Shown here one piece after another: positions 54,961 through 62,620 of a stretch of 64,000 nucleotides of DNA. Both the position numbers and the translations under genes were made by a program. A model generated the notes under the pieces. It did no database searches and had not been told where the DNA came from. It was given only the letters and a program-made list of their open reading frames with translations. Numbering within the stretch: position 1 is the first letter of the stretch; each line of letters starts with the position of its first letter. Origin of the DNA: an uncultured Chitinophagaceae bacterium (GTDB lineage Bacteria; Bacteroidota; Bacteroidia; Chitinophagales; CAIOSU01); assembly GCA_964502525.1 (NCBI GenBank), contig CAZCXH010000002.1:28031-92030 (forward strand), given 5' to 3'.

Positions 54961-56463
54961 GTGCCTTCCATCAAAAAAATCCTTGTCGCCAATCGCGGTG
55001 AGATAGCGTTGCGCGTGATGCGCTCCGCCAGGGAAATGGGCATTAAAACTGTGGCAGTTTTTTCCGATGCCGACAGGACGATGCCCTTCGTGAGATTTGC
55101 GGACGAAGCGATTCACATCGGAGGTTCGTTGTCATCACAATCTTATCTGGTGGCGGAAAAAATAATTGATGCCGCGCGGAAAACAAAAGCTAACGCGATT
55201 CATCCCGGCTACGGCTTTCTTTCGGAAAACGAATCCTTTGCTGCGAAAGTCAAAAAAGCCGGAATCATTTTTGTTGGTCCGGATGCAAAGTCCATTGAGA
55301 TGATGGGAAACAAACTGGCGGCTAAAGAAATTGCAAAGAAGCTGAAGGTGCCGCTCGTTCCCGGAACGGAGAAAGCTATCGCCAATCCAAAACAGGCGGC
55401 AGATGAAGCGAAGAAAATCGGCTTTCCCGTTTTGCTGAAAGCGGCCGCTGGCGGTGGCGGAAAAGGGATGCGCGTGGTCAATAAAGAATCGGAACTCGCT
55501 CCTCAGATGGAAAGGGCGCAAAGCGAGGCGCTTTCGTCATTCGGAGATGATTCCGTTTTCATTGAGAAATATATTTCGTCTCCCCGTCATATTGAAATTC
55601 AGATTCTTGCCGACAGTCACGGCAATGTGGTTCACCTGTTCGAGCGCGAATGTTCCATCCAGCGCAGGCATCAGAAGCTAATCGAGGAAGCGCCATCGTC
55701 AGTTCTTACGGAAGAATTGAGAAATAAAATGGGCGAATGTGCCGTTGCAATAGCGAAAGCATGCAAGTACATGAGTGCCGGAACGGTGGAGTTTTTGATG
55801 GATGAAAAGCTCAACTTTTATTTCCTCGAAATGAACACGCGATTGCAGGTGGAACATCCCGTTACGGAAATGATAACGGGAATGGATTTGGTGAAAGAGC
55901 AGATTCGGGTAGCGCAAGGAGAAAAGTTGAGTGTCAAACAAAAAGACTTATCCATTCGCGGACACGCGATTGAATTAAGAGTGAATGCTGAAGATCCCGC
56001 AAATGATTTCCTCCCGAATGCAGGTGCGTTAAAGACCTATAAGAAGCCCTGCGGTCCTGGCATCAGAGTTGATGATGGTTATGAAGAAGGAATGGAAATC
56101 CCTATCTATTACGACCCCATGATTGCAAAACTCATTACGCACGGCAGTGACAGGGAAGAAGCCGTTCACCGCATGGTGAGGGCAATTGATGAATATGCGA
56201 TAACGGGGATGAAGACGACTCTTGGTTTCGGAAAATTCATCATGAACCATAAAGAATTCAGCAAAGGAAACCTCAGCACAAGATTTATCGAACAGCACTT
56301 CAACCCGGAAAGCCTTACATCTCATAAGGATGACGAGGAAGTCATCGCTTCCCTGATTGCCGCAACAATAATGGGCAACAACAACCAACCCAAATCCGTA
56401 AACCAAAAACAGGAACGGGTATCCTCCCGCTGGAAACAAAACCGTTTGAACCTTGAGCTTTAA
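54961..56463 (+). CDS. accC: biotin carboxylase (acetyl/acyl-CoA carboxylase BC subunit), no adjacent BCCP or carboxyltransferase
   Basis: ATP-grasp motifs KAAAGGGGKGMRVV and EMNTRLQVEHPVTE are present. The protein is 500 aa with a C-terminal extension. Confidence 0.9.
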   Translation: MPSIKKILVANRGEIALRVMRSAREMGIKTVAVFSDADRTMPFVRFADEAIHIGGSLSSQSYLVAEKIIDAARKTKANAIHPGYGFLSENESFAAKVKKAGIIFVGPDAKSIEMMGNKLAAKEIAKKLKVPLVPGTEKAIANPKQAADEAKKIGFPVLLKAAAGGGGKGMRVVNKESELAPQMERAQSEALSSFGDDSVFIEKYISSPRHIEIQILADSHGNVVHLFERECSIQRRHQKLIEEAPSSVLTEELRNKMGECAVAIAKACKYMSAGTVEFLMDEKLNFYFLEMNTRLQVEHPVTEMITGMDLVKEQIRVAQGEKLSVKQKDLSIRGHAIELRVNAEDPANDFLPNAGALKTYKKPCGPGIRVDDGYEEGMEIPIYYDPMIAKLITHGSDREEAVHRMVRAIDEYAITGMKTTLGFGKFIMNHKEFSKGNLSTRFIEQHFNPESLTSHKDDEEVIASLIAATIMGNNNQPKSVNQKQERVSSRWKQNRLNLEL

Positions 56464-57196
56464 AGATCATTTTTCAACCCAGTCAGCCGACTACGCCAGA
56501 TACAGGCCGCGCTATCCGAAAGCACTTTACGATTTCCTGCTCGCACATGCGAAAGAGAAAAAAATTGCATGGGATGTGGCAACGGGCAACGGGCAGGTAG
56601 CCGTTGAATTAGCGGAACATTTCGAAAAAGTAATTGCAACTGATGCGAGCGAAAGTCAGATCAGCCATGCGTCTTCACATCCAAAAGTTATTTACAAGGT
56701 GAGCATGGCTGAAAACTGCGGTCTTCCGGATGGAATTGCAGACCTGATTACCGTTGGACAGGCACTGCATTGGTTTGACTTTGAGAAATTTTTCAGCGAA
56801 GTAAAACGAACGGCTAAGCCGGGATGTTTTTTTGCCGCGTGGGGATATAAGCTGCACCATATTTCTCCCGAGGTTGACAAGGTGATCAGCCGCTTTTATG
56901 AGGAGATTGTCGGTCCCTATTGGCCGCGAGAGAGAACCTACGTTGACAATGCCTACAACAACATACCACTGCCGCTTATCCCTGTTGCAACACCTCCGTT
57001 TGAACTTCAGTGGAGATGGAACATGAATGAATTGCTGGGGTATCTCAGCACATGGTCAAGCACTCAGCTTTATCTCAAGTATCAGGGCCGTAATCCGCTG
57101 GAACTGATTGAAGGCGATTTGCAGCAGGCATGGGGCAATCCGCTGGAAGATTTGGAAGTAGTGTGGCCCATTTTCATGAAAGCAGGGCACTTGTAA
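56453..57196 (+). CDS. class I SAM-dependent methyltransferase
   Basis: Motif I is WDVATGNGQ and post-I is ATDASESQ. The TTG start overlaps the accC end by 11 nt. Confidence 0.8.
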   Translation: MSFKDHFSTQSADYARYRPRYPKALYDFLLAHAKEKKIAWDVATGNGQVAVELAEHFEKVIATDASESQISHASSHPKVIYKVSMAENCGLPDGIADLITVGQALHWFDFEKFFSEVKRTAKPGCFFAAWGYKLHHISPEVDKVISRFYEEIVGPYWPRERTYVDNAYNNIPLPLIPVATPPFELQWRWNMNELLGYLSTWSSTQLYLKYQGRNPLELIEGDLQQAWGNPLEDLEVVWPIFMKAGHL

Positions 57197-57251
57197 GTTA
57201 TCCCCTCCGCATCGGCAGCAGCAAGGCATTGAGGGGCTGTCATTCAAATTG

Positions 57252-57259
57252 TAACTTTG
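57252..57259 (+). promoter_or_regulatory. -7 box TAACTTTG immediately upstream of eboA
   Basis: Exact TAnnTTTG match, with 6 nt before the ATG at 57266. Confidence 0.5.
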
Positions 57260-58168
57260 CCCACCATGCATCAGGTGAATCTTCAGGCTGCGCAAAGCTT
57301 TTTCCATTCCGTTCTGTCTCGCAATTCCACCGGAGATTCGCTAACATGGTTGACGGAAAAGATAAATAGGTCTGGAAAGAAATTTTCAGAAAAGGATTTT
57401 TACCTCACCTTCAGCCTGCTCCCGCGCTATTTCAGCAAAGACCAGTTGAAATTCTCTGAAGAGCCTGAGAAGACCGGGGCGCAAATAAGGCAGGGCTTTA
57501 ACCCTTCGGACTTCACCATTGCACAGACAGCAAGAGTGTTGCTTCTGCTGATGATTCCAACGGAGGATGAAAATCTCTTTTTAAAAATCCTGAATAATCT
57601 TTTCACCACAGCGGAAGTAAATGAGCTGGTTGCGCTTTATTCAGCGCTTCCGCTTTTATCTTATCCTGAATCGCTGAAGTCCCGGACGGCTGAAGGCATA
57701 AGAAGCAACATGGCGGTAGTGTTCGATGCCGTTGCTTTAAACAATCCTTATCCGGCAGATTTTTTGGATGATGACGCCTTCAACCAGATGGTGTTGAAAG
57801 CCGTATTCATCGAGCGCTCATTGGACAAAATTTATAAGCTCGATTCAAGAGCCAATAAAGATCTCGCGCGCATGTTGTCTGATTATGCCCACGAGCGTTG
57901 GGCGGCATCGCGTTATGTGACACCGGAATTATGGCGACCGATCGGTCCCTTTATTGATGACAGCTTGCTGAAAGACATTGAACGCCTGCTTGAACAAGGA
58001 AGCGAACTCGATAAACAGGCGGCTGCGTTAGCCGTTCAAAGCAGTAAATCGCTGAAAGCAGCAGAATTGGTTCCTGAGCCTTTAAAATTAAAAGCAGAAA
58101 AAAAAGAATTTGACTGGCACAGTATTTCCAAGAAATGGTTCGCTGAAAGGAATGCGGTGATTCGGTGA
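57257..58168 (+). CDS. eboA: EboA-like protein (ebo cluster gene 1)
   Basis: The position, size and motifs (EGIRSNMAVVFDAVALNNPYP, NQMVLKAVF, LSDYAHERWAA) fit what I remember of EboA. The likely start is the ATG at 57266. Confidence 0.7.
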   Translation: MPTMHQVNLQAAQSFFHSVLSRNSTGDSLTWLTEKINRSGKKFSEKDFYLTFSLLPRYFSKDQLKFSEEPEKTGAQIRQGFNPSDFTIAQTARVLLLLMIPTEDENLFLKILNNLFTTAEVNELVALYSALPLLSYPESLKSRTAEGIRSNMAVVFDAVALNNPYPADFLDDDAFNQMVLKAVFIERSLDKIYKLDSRANKDLARMLSDYAHERWAASRYVTPELWRPIGPFIDDSLLKDIERLLEQGSELDKQAAALAVQSSKSLKAAELVPEPLKLKAEKKEFDWHSISKKWFAERNAVIR

Positions 58169-58241
58169 TTTGATAATTATCAATAAATACAAAACTCCAT
58201 TTCCATTATCGAATCATCAAATTATCGAATTATCGAATTAC
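58154..58241. repeat. tandem-word hairpin, ATTCGRTR family, between eboA and eboB
   Basis: The left arm GCGGTGATTCGGTGATTTGATAATTATC covers the last eboA codons and the stop. The right arm is TTATCGAATCATCAAATTATCGAATTATCGAATTAC. Confidence 0.85.
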
Positions 58242-58257
58242 ACTAAAAATAAACATC

Positions 58258-59172
58258 ATGACGAACTCCAGGATACTATTCATTGACCCGCACATCCACA
58301 TGTCTTCACGAACGACTGACGATTACGAAGCGATGTCCGCGGCAGGTGTTGTTGCGGTGATAGAGCCTTCCTTCTGGCAGGGACAGCCGCGCACGGAAGT
58401 CGGCACGTTCAAAGATTATTTCAGCAGCCTCATAGGATGGGAACGTTTTCGCGCGAGCCAATTTGGAATTAAGCACTATTGCACGATTGGTTTGAATTCA
58501 AAGGAAGCTAATAATGAAGAGCTGGCTGAACAGGTGATTGAATTATTGCCTTTGTTCGCAGCCAAAGAAGGCGTGGTAGCCATTGGCGAAATCGGCTATG
58601 ACGACCAGACCAGGGCTGAAGATAAATATTTCCGAATTCAACTGGAACTGGCAAAAGAACTCAACCTGCCCGTTCAAATTCACACTCCTCACCGCGACAA
58701 AAAGCGCGGAACAACCCGCAGCATGGATGTGTGTGAAGAGCACGGGCTTGATCCTAAAAAAGTGATTATAGATCATAATAATGAAGAAACGATGCGGGAG
58801 GTTTTGGACAGGGGTTATTGGGCTGCTTTCACCATCTATCCTAAAACAAAAATGGGCAATGAGCGCATGGCGGAAGTTGTCAGGAAATTCGGGTATGAGC
58901 GCATCATCGTTGACAGCTCGGCAGATTGGGGTGTGAGCGATCCCCTTGCTGTCCCGAAAACCGCCAACCTGATGTTGAAAAGCGGAGTTGCTGAAGAAAG
59001 TGTAAGGATGACGTGTTACACAAATGCACTCACCGCCTACGGACAGAGCGGGCAAATGAGTGAATCAGACTGGCTCCAGCCAAAAGACATAGATCAAACA
59101 CAACTGTTTTCCGGAAATTCCGTTTTAAGGGGGCAAGCACCAATAATCGCCAAATCAGATATTATAAAATAG
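58258..59172 (+). CDS. eboB: TatD-related metal-dependent hydrolase (EboB)
   Basis: FIDPHIHM, AIGEIGYD and QIHTPH are metal-ligand motifs of the amidohydrolase/TatD fold. Confidence 0.8.
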   Translation: MTNSRILFIDPHIHMSSRTTDDYEAMSAAGVVAVIEPSFWQGQPRTEVGTFKDYFSSLIGWERFRASQFGIKHYCTIGLNSKEANNEELAEQVIELLPLFAAKEGVVAIGEIGYDDQTRAEDKYFRIQLELAKELNLPVQIHTPHRDKKRGTTRSMDVCEEHGLDPKKVIIDHNNEETMREVLDRGYWAAFTIYPKTKMGNERMAEVVRKFGYERIIVDSSADWGVSDPLAVPKTANLMLKSGVAEESVRMTCYTNALTAYGQSGQMSESDWLQPKDIDQTQLFSGNSVLRGQAPIIAKSDIIK

Positions 59173-59212
59173 CAAGTTGTCAGTGAGCAGTTCGCCATCA
59201 TGAGCCAGTAAA

Positions 59213-60160
59213 ATGCCCGATTCCCCGACCAAAGCCCGTCATTCACTATCGGCAAGGTTTTCAGCCTACCTGCAATTAACACGTCCCGCAAATATTCTTA
59301 CCGCAATCGCGGATATCATGGCCGGTTTTGCCGTTTCAGGAGCTATTATCGAAATAGTTGATACCGGAAAAGGATGGTTTTGTATTCCCGAACTTCGCAA
59401 CCTTGCGTTGCTGATTGTCTCTACAACCGGGTTGTATGGAGGAGGTGTGGTGCTGAATGATTTTTTTGATGCAGCGCTGGATTCAACAGAAAGACCGGAA
59501 AGACCGATACCCAGCGGAAAAGCCTCCAGGGCTGGGGCATTCATCTTGGGAATGCTCCTTATTTCTGTTGGCATACAAGCGGCTTCATTTGTTTCATTTC
59601 CCAGCGCGATAATAGCCATTACCATCGCGTCACTTGCGGTATTATATGATGCATGGGGTAAGCATCAGACTTATTTTGGTCCGATTAACATGGGTCTATG
59701 TCGTGGCGGGAATTTGCTGCTTGGCGTGAGCGCATTAACAGCGGCAATTTTTGATTTCTGGTTTATTGCATTTATTCCTGTTCTCTACATCGCAGCGGTA
59801 ACCACCGTCAGCCGGGGAGAGGTGCATGGCAATCATGGCAACTCGCTTCGGAAAGCAGGATGGATGTATTCGGTTGTCATCTTCTTAATTGCTGGTTTAG
59901 CATTTCATCCTGATTTTCATCTGCGTCCTGCCCTACCCTACCTGGTGCTATTTGGATGGATGATATTCGGTCCATTGCGCACCGCTCAAATCACCGGTCA
60001 GCCAAAAGATATTGGCAAGGCGGTGAAATTTGGCGTGCTCTCGCTGATATTGATGGATGCCGCGATTGCCGCGGGTTTTGCCGGATGGGATTACGCGCTT
60101 TTAATTGTTTGCCTGCTGCCCCTGTCGCTATTGCTGTCAAAATTGTTTGCGGTAACATAG
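59213..60160 (+). CDS. eboC: UbiA-family prenyltransferase (EboC)
   Basis: It has 8-9 TM helices and the first Asp-rich motif NDFFDAALDSTERPERPIPSG. Confidence 0.85.
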   Translation: MPDSPTKARHSLSARFSAYLQLTRPANILTAIADIMAGFAVSGAIIEIVDTGKGWFCIPELRNLALLIVSTTGLYGGGVVLNDFFDAALDSTERPERPIPSGKASRAGAFILGMLLISVGIQAASFVSFPSAIIAITIASLAVLYDAWGKHQTYFGPINMGLCRGGNLLLGVSALTAAIFDFWFIAFIPVLYIAAVTTVSRGEVHGNHGNSLRKAGWMYSVVIFLIAGLAFHPDFHLRPALPYLVLFGWMIFGPLRTAQITGQPKDIGKAVKFGVLSLILMDAAIAAGFAGWDYALLIVCLLPLSLLLSKLFAVT

Positions 60161-60247
60161 CCAACGCAGGCTAATCAAGGATTTTCACGCAACTCTTTCG
60201 CGCAAAGTCCGTAAATTCTTAGCGAATTTGTATATCTCAGCCTATTT

Positions 60248-61432
60248 ATGCGTACTATCCGGCAATCATTTTCCGTCAAGTTCAGCTACCCGGTGCATTT
60301 CACCGAAAGTGTTTTTTCAAGTGAAAACACCGTATTTGCAAACCTGCTCTCGGACGATGGCAATCCGGGACCAAAGAAAACGTTGTTCGTTATTGACGAT
60401 GGAGTGAATTTCCATCACCGAAGATTGATCGAAAACATAAAAGCTTATGCAAATGCTCGCAAAAATGTAATCGAGATCTGCGGTGACCTTTTAGTGGTTC
60501 CGGGTGGAGAAGCATGCAAAAATGATATCAGCGCTTTCGATGAAATTATCGCGTCAATTAACCATCACGGGATTGACCGTCATTCCTACGTTATAGGTGT
60601 TGGAGGTGGTGCAGTGCTTGATCTTGTCGGCTATGCTGCAGCCGTTGCGCACAGAGGTATCCGCCACATCAGAATTCCTACAACCGTATTGTCGCAAAAC
60701 GATTCCGGGGTTGGCGTGAAGAATGGCATCAACGCTTTCGGGAAAAAAAATTTTCTCGGAACATTTGCTCCGCCTGTTGGAGTCATCAATGACCATACTT
60801 TCCTGACAACGCTCGACATCCGCGACTGGCGTTCGGGAATTGCCGAGGCAATCAAGGTTGGGCTGATAAAAGATGCCGACTTTTTTCTTTATATCAAAAT
60901 GAACGTGGAAAAGCTGATTGCAAGGGATTCCACCGTAATGCAGGAGCTGATTTATCGCTGCGCAAAGCTGCACCTTGAGCACATTTCCGGTGGCGATCCA
61001 TTTGAAATGGGCTCGTCACGCCCGCTGGATTTCGGACACTGGGCTTCGCACAAGCTGGAAGGATTAACGCAATATGATATCCGCCATGGTGAAGCGGTCG
61101 CTGTTGGAATTTGCCTCGACTCCATATACTCGCATCTTTCCGGATTGCTATCCAAAATTGAATTGGAAGAAATTATTCATTTGATCCGAAAAATCGGCTT
61201 TCAGCTCTATTTTCCGGAATTGTCACAGAACCTTGAAAACCCAAACGATCCAGACAGTTTACTTTCCGGATTAAACGAATTCCGCGAACATCTTGGCGGC
61301 AAACTCACGGTGATGTTGCTGAAAAGGATAGGTCAGGGAGTGGAAGTGAACGAAATGGATTTTGACATGATTAGGAAATCGGTCAATATCCTGAAATCCT
61401 ACCAATCACAGGTTGAATTGCGCAACGCATAA
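60248..61432 (+). CDS. eboD: 3-dehydroquinate synthase-like sugar phosphate cyclase (EboD)
   Basis: GVGGGAVLDLVGYAAA, IPTTVLSQNDSGVGVKNGIN and the metal-ligand His region HWASHKLE are present. Confidence 0.85.
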   Translation: MRTIRQSFSVKFSYPVHFTESVFSSENTVFANLLSDDGNPGPKKTLFVIDDGVNFHHRRLIENIKAYANARKNVIEICGDLLVVPGGEACKNDISAFDEIIASINHHGIDRHSYVIGVGGGAVLDLVGYAAAVAHRGIRHIRIPTTVLSQNDSGVGVKNGINAFGKKNFLGTFAPPVGVINDHTFLTTLDIRDWRSGIAEAIKVGLIKDADFFLYIKMNVEKLIARDSTVMQELIYRCAKLHLEHISGGDPFEMGSSRPLDFGHWASHKLEGLTQYDIRHGEAVAVGICLDSIYSHLSGLLSKIELEEIIHLIRKIGFQLYFPELSQNLENPNDPDSLLSGLNEFREHLGGKLTVMLLKRIGQGVEVNEMDFDMIRKSVNILKSYQSQVELRNA

Positions 61433-61459
61433 ACCCGATAGTCACATATCTTTGGAGAA

Positions 61460-62620
61460 ATGGATGTTGCGGGCAAATATCACCTCACTTATTGCACAAA
61501 CGTACACGCGGGAGAAGGTTGGGAAGAAATGTACCGGCAATTAAAAAATCACCTTCCTTCTGTAAAGCAAGCAGTTTCGCCTAAAGAGAATTTCGGAGTC
61601 GGACTGTACTTATCTGACAAAGCCAGTCGTGAAATTCTGGTTGGAAATAAGCTGCCGGAATTTAAAGAATGGCTCAACAAAGAAGGGTTGTATGTTTTCA
61701 CCATGAACGGGTTTCCGTATGGCAATTTCCACGGTGACATTGTTAAGGATAACGTTTACAAGCCCGATTGGACAACCCGTGAGCGTGTGGAATATACCAA
61801 ACGCCTGTTTCACATACTCGCTGAACTTTTACCAGAAGGTGTAGAAGGAGGAATTTCAACATCTCCCATATCTTACAAGCATTGGTTCGCAGATAGCGAG
61901 CAAAAAGAAAAAGTTTTTGCCACAGCATTCAAGCATTTTGTAGAAATAGCTTGGTTTCTGAATGACCTGTGCGAAAAAACTCAGATGAACCTGCATCTTG
62001 ACATTGAACCGGAACCGGATTGCCTGCTTGAAAATTCAGACGAAGCCGTCAATTTTTTTGAAAGGCTCCATGCCTGTGAAAAAAGAAATGACATTATCAG
62101 CAAATTCCTGGCTCTGTGTTTTGATGTCTGTCATTTTTCCGTTGAGTTTGAGAAACCGGAATCTGCGCTCGCTAAATTGATTTCACAAGGAATCAGGATC
62201 GGAAAGGTTCAACTCAGTTCCGCCCTGAAATTCTCCCTCAACGGCAAAAATGAAAATGACGTCAAAGAGATTTTGCAATTGGATGAGCCGAGATATCTTC
62301 ACCAAACGGTGAAAAGTAAAGTGTCTGGAGAAATTGAAAAATTCCGGGATATTTCCACTGTGGTCACCGGTAATGGAGCTTATGATGCTGAATGGCGCAC
62401 ACATTTTCATGTGCCTTTATTTCTAAACAGTTATGGCAATCTTCAATCAACACAGGATGATGTGGTGGCGGCATTGAGATTTTTAAAGAAAGAAGAAATA
62501 ACAAAACATCTTGAAGTTGAAACATATACGTGGGATGTGCTTCCTGCCGGATTAAAGGGAGATCTGACTGTTTCCATCATTCGCGAATTGGAATGGGTTA
62601 AAAAGGCTCTTGGTGAATGA
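61460..62620 (+). CDS. eboE: xylose-isomerase-like TIM-barrel protein (EboE)
   Basis: The N-terminal YCTNVHAGEGW, the HLDIEPEPDC and CFDVCHFSVEF barrel motifs, and the position in the cluster all fit. Confidence 0.75.
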   Translation: MDVAGKYHLTYCTNVHAGEGWEEMYRQLKNHLPSVKQAVSPKENFGVGLYLSDKASREILVGNKLPEFKEWLNKEGLYVFTMNGFPYGNFHGDIVKDNVYKPDWTTRERVEYTKRLFHILAELLPEGVEGGISTSPISYKHWFADSEQKEKVFATAFKHFVEIAWFLNDLCEKTQMNLHLDIEPEPDCLLENSDEAVNFFERLHACEKRNDIISKFLALCFDVCHFSVEFEKPESALAKLISQGIRIGKVQLSSALKFSLNGKNENDVKEILQLDEPRYLHQTVKSKVSGEIEKFRDISTVVTGNGAYDAEWRTHFHVPLFLNSYGNLQSTQDDVVAALRFLKKEEITKHLEVETYTWDVLPAGLKGDLTVSIIRELEWVKKALGE

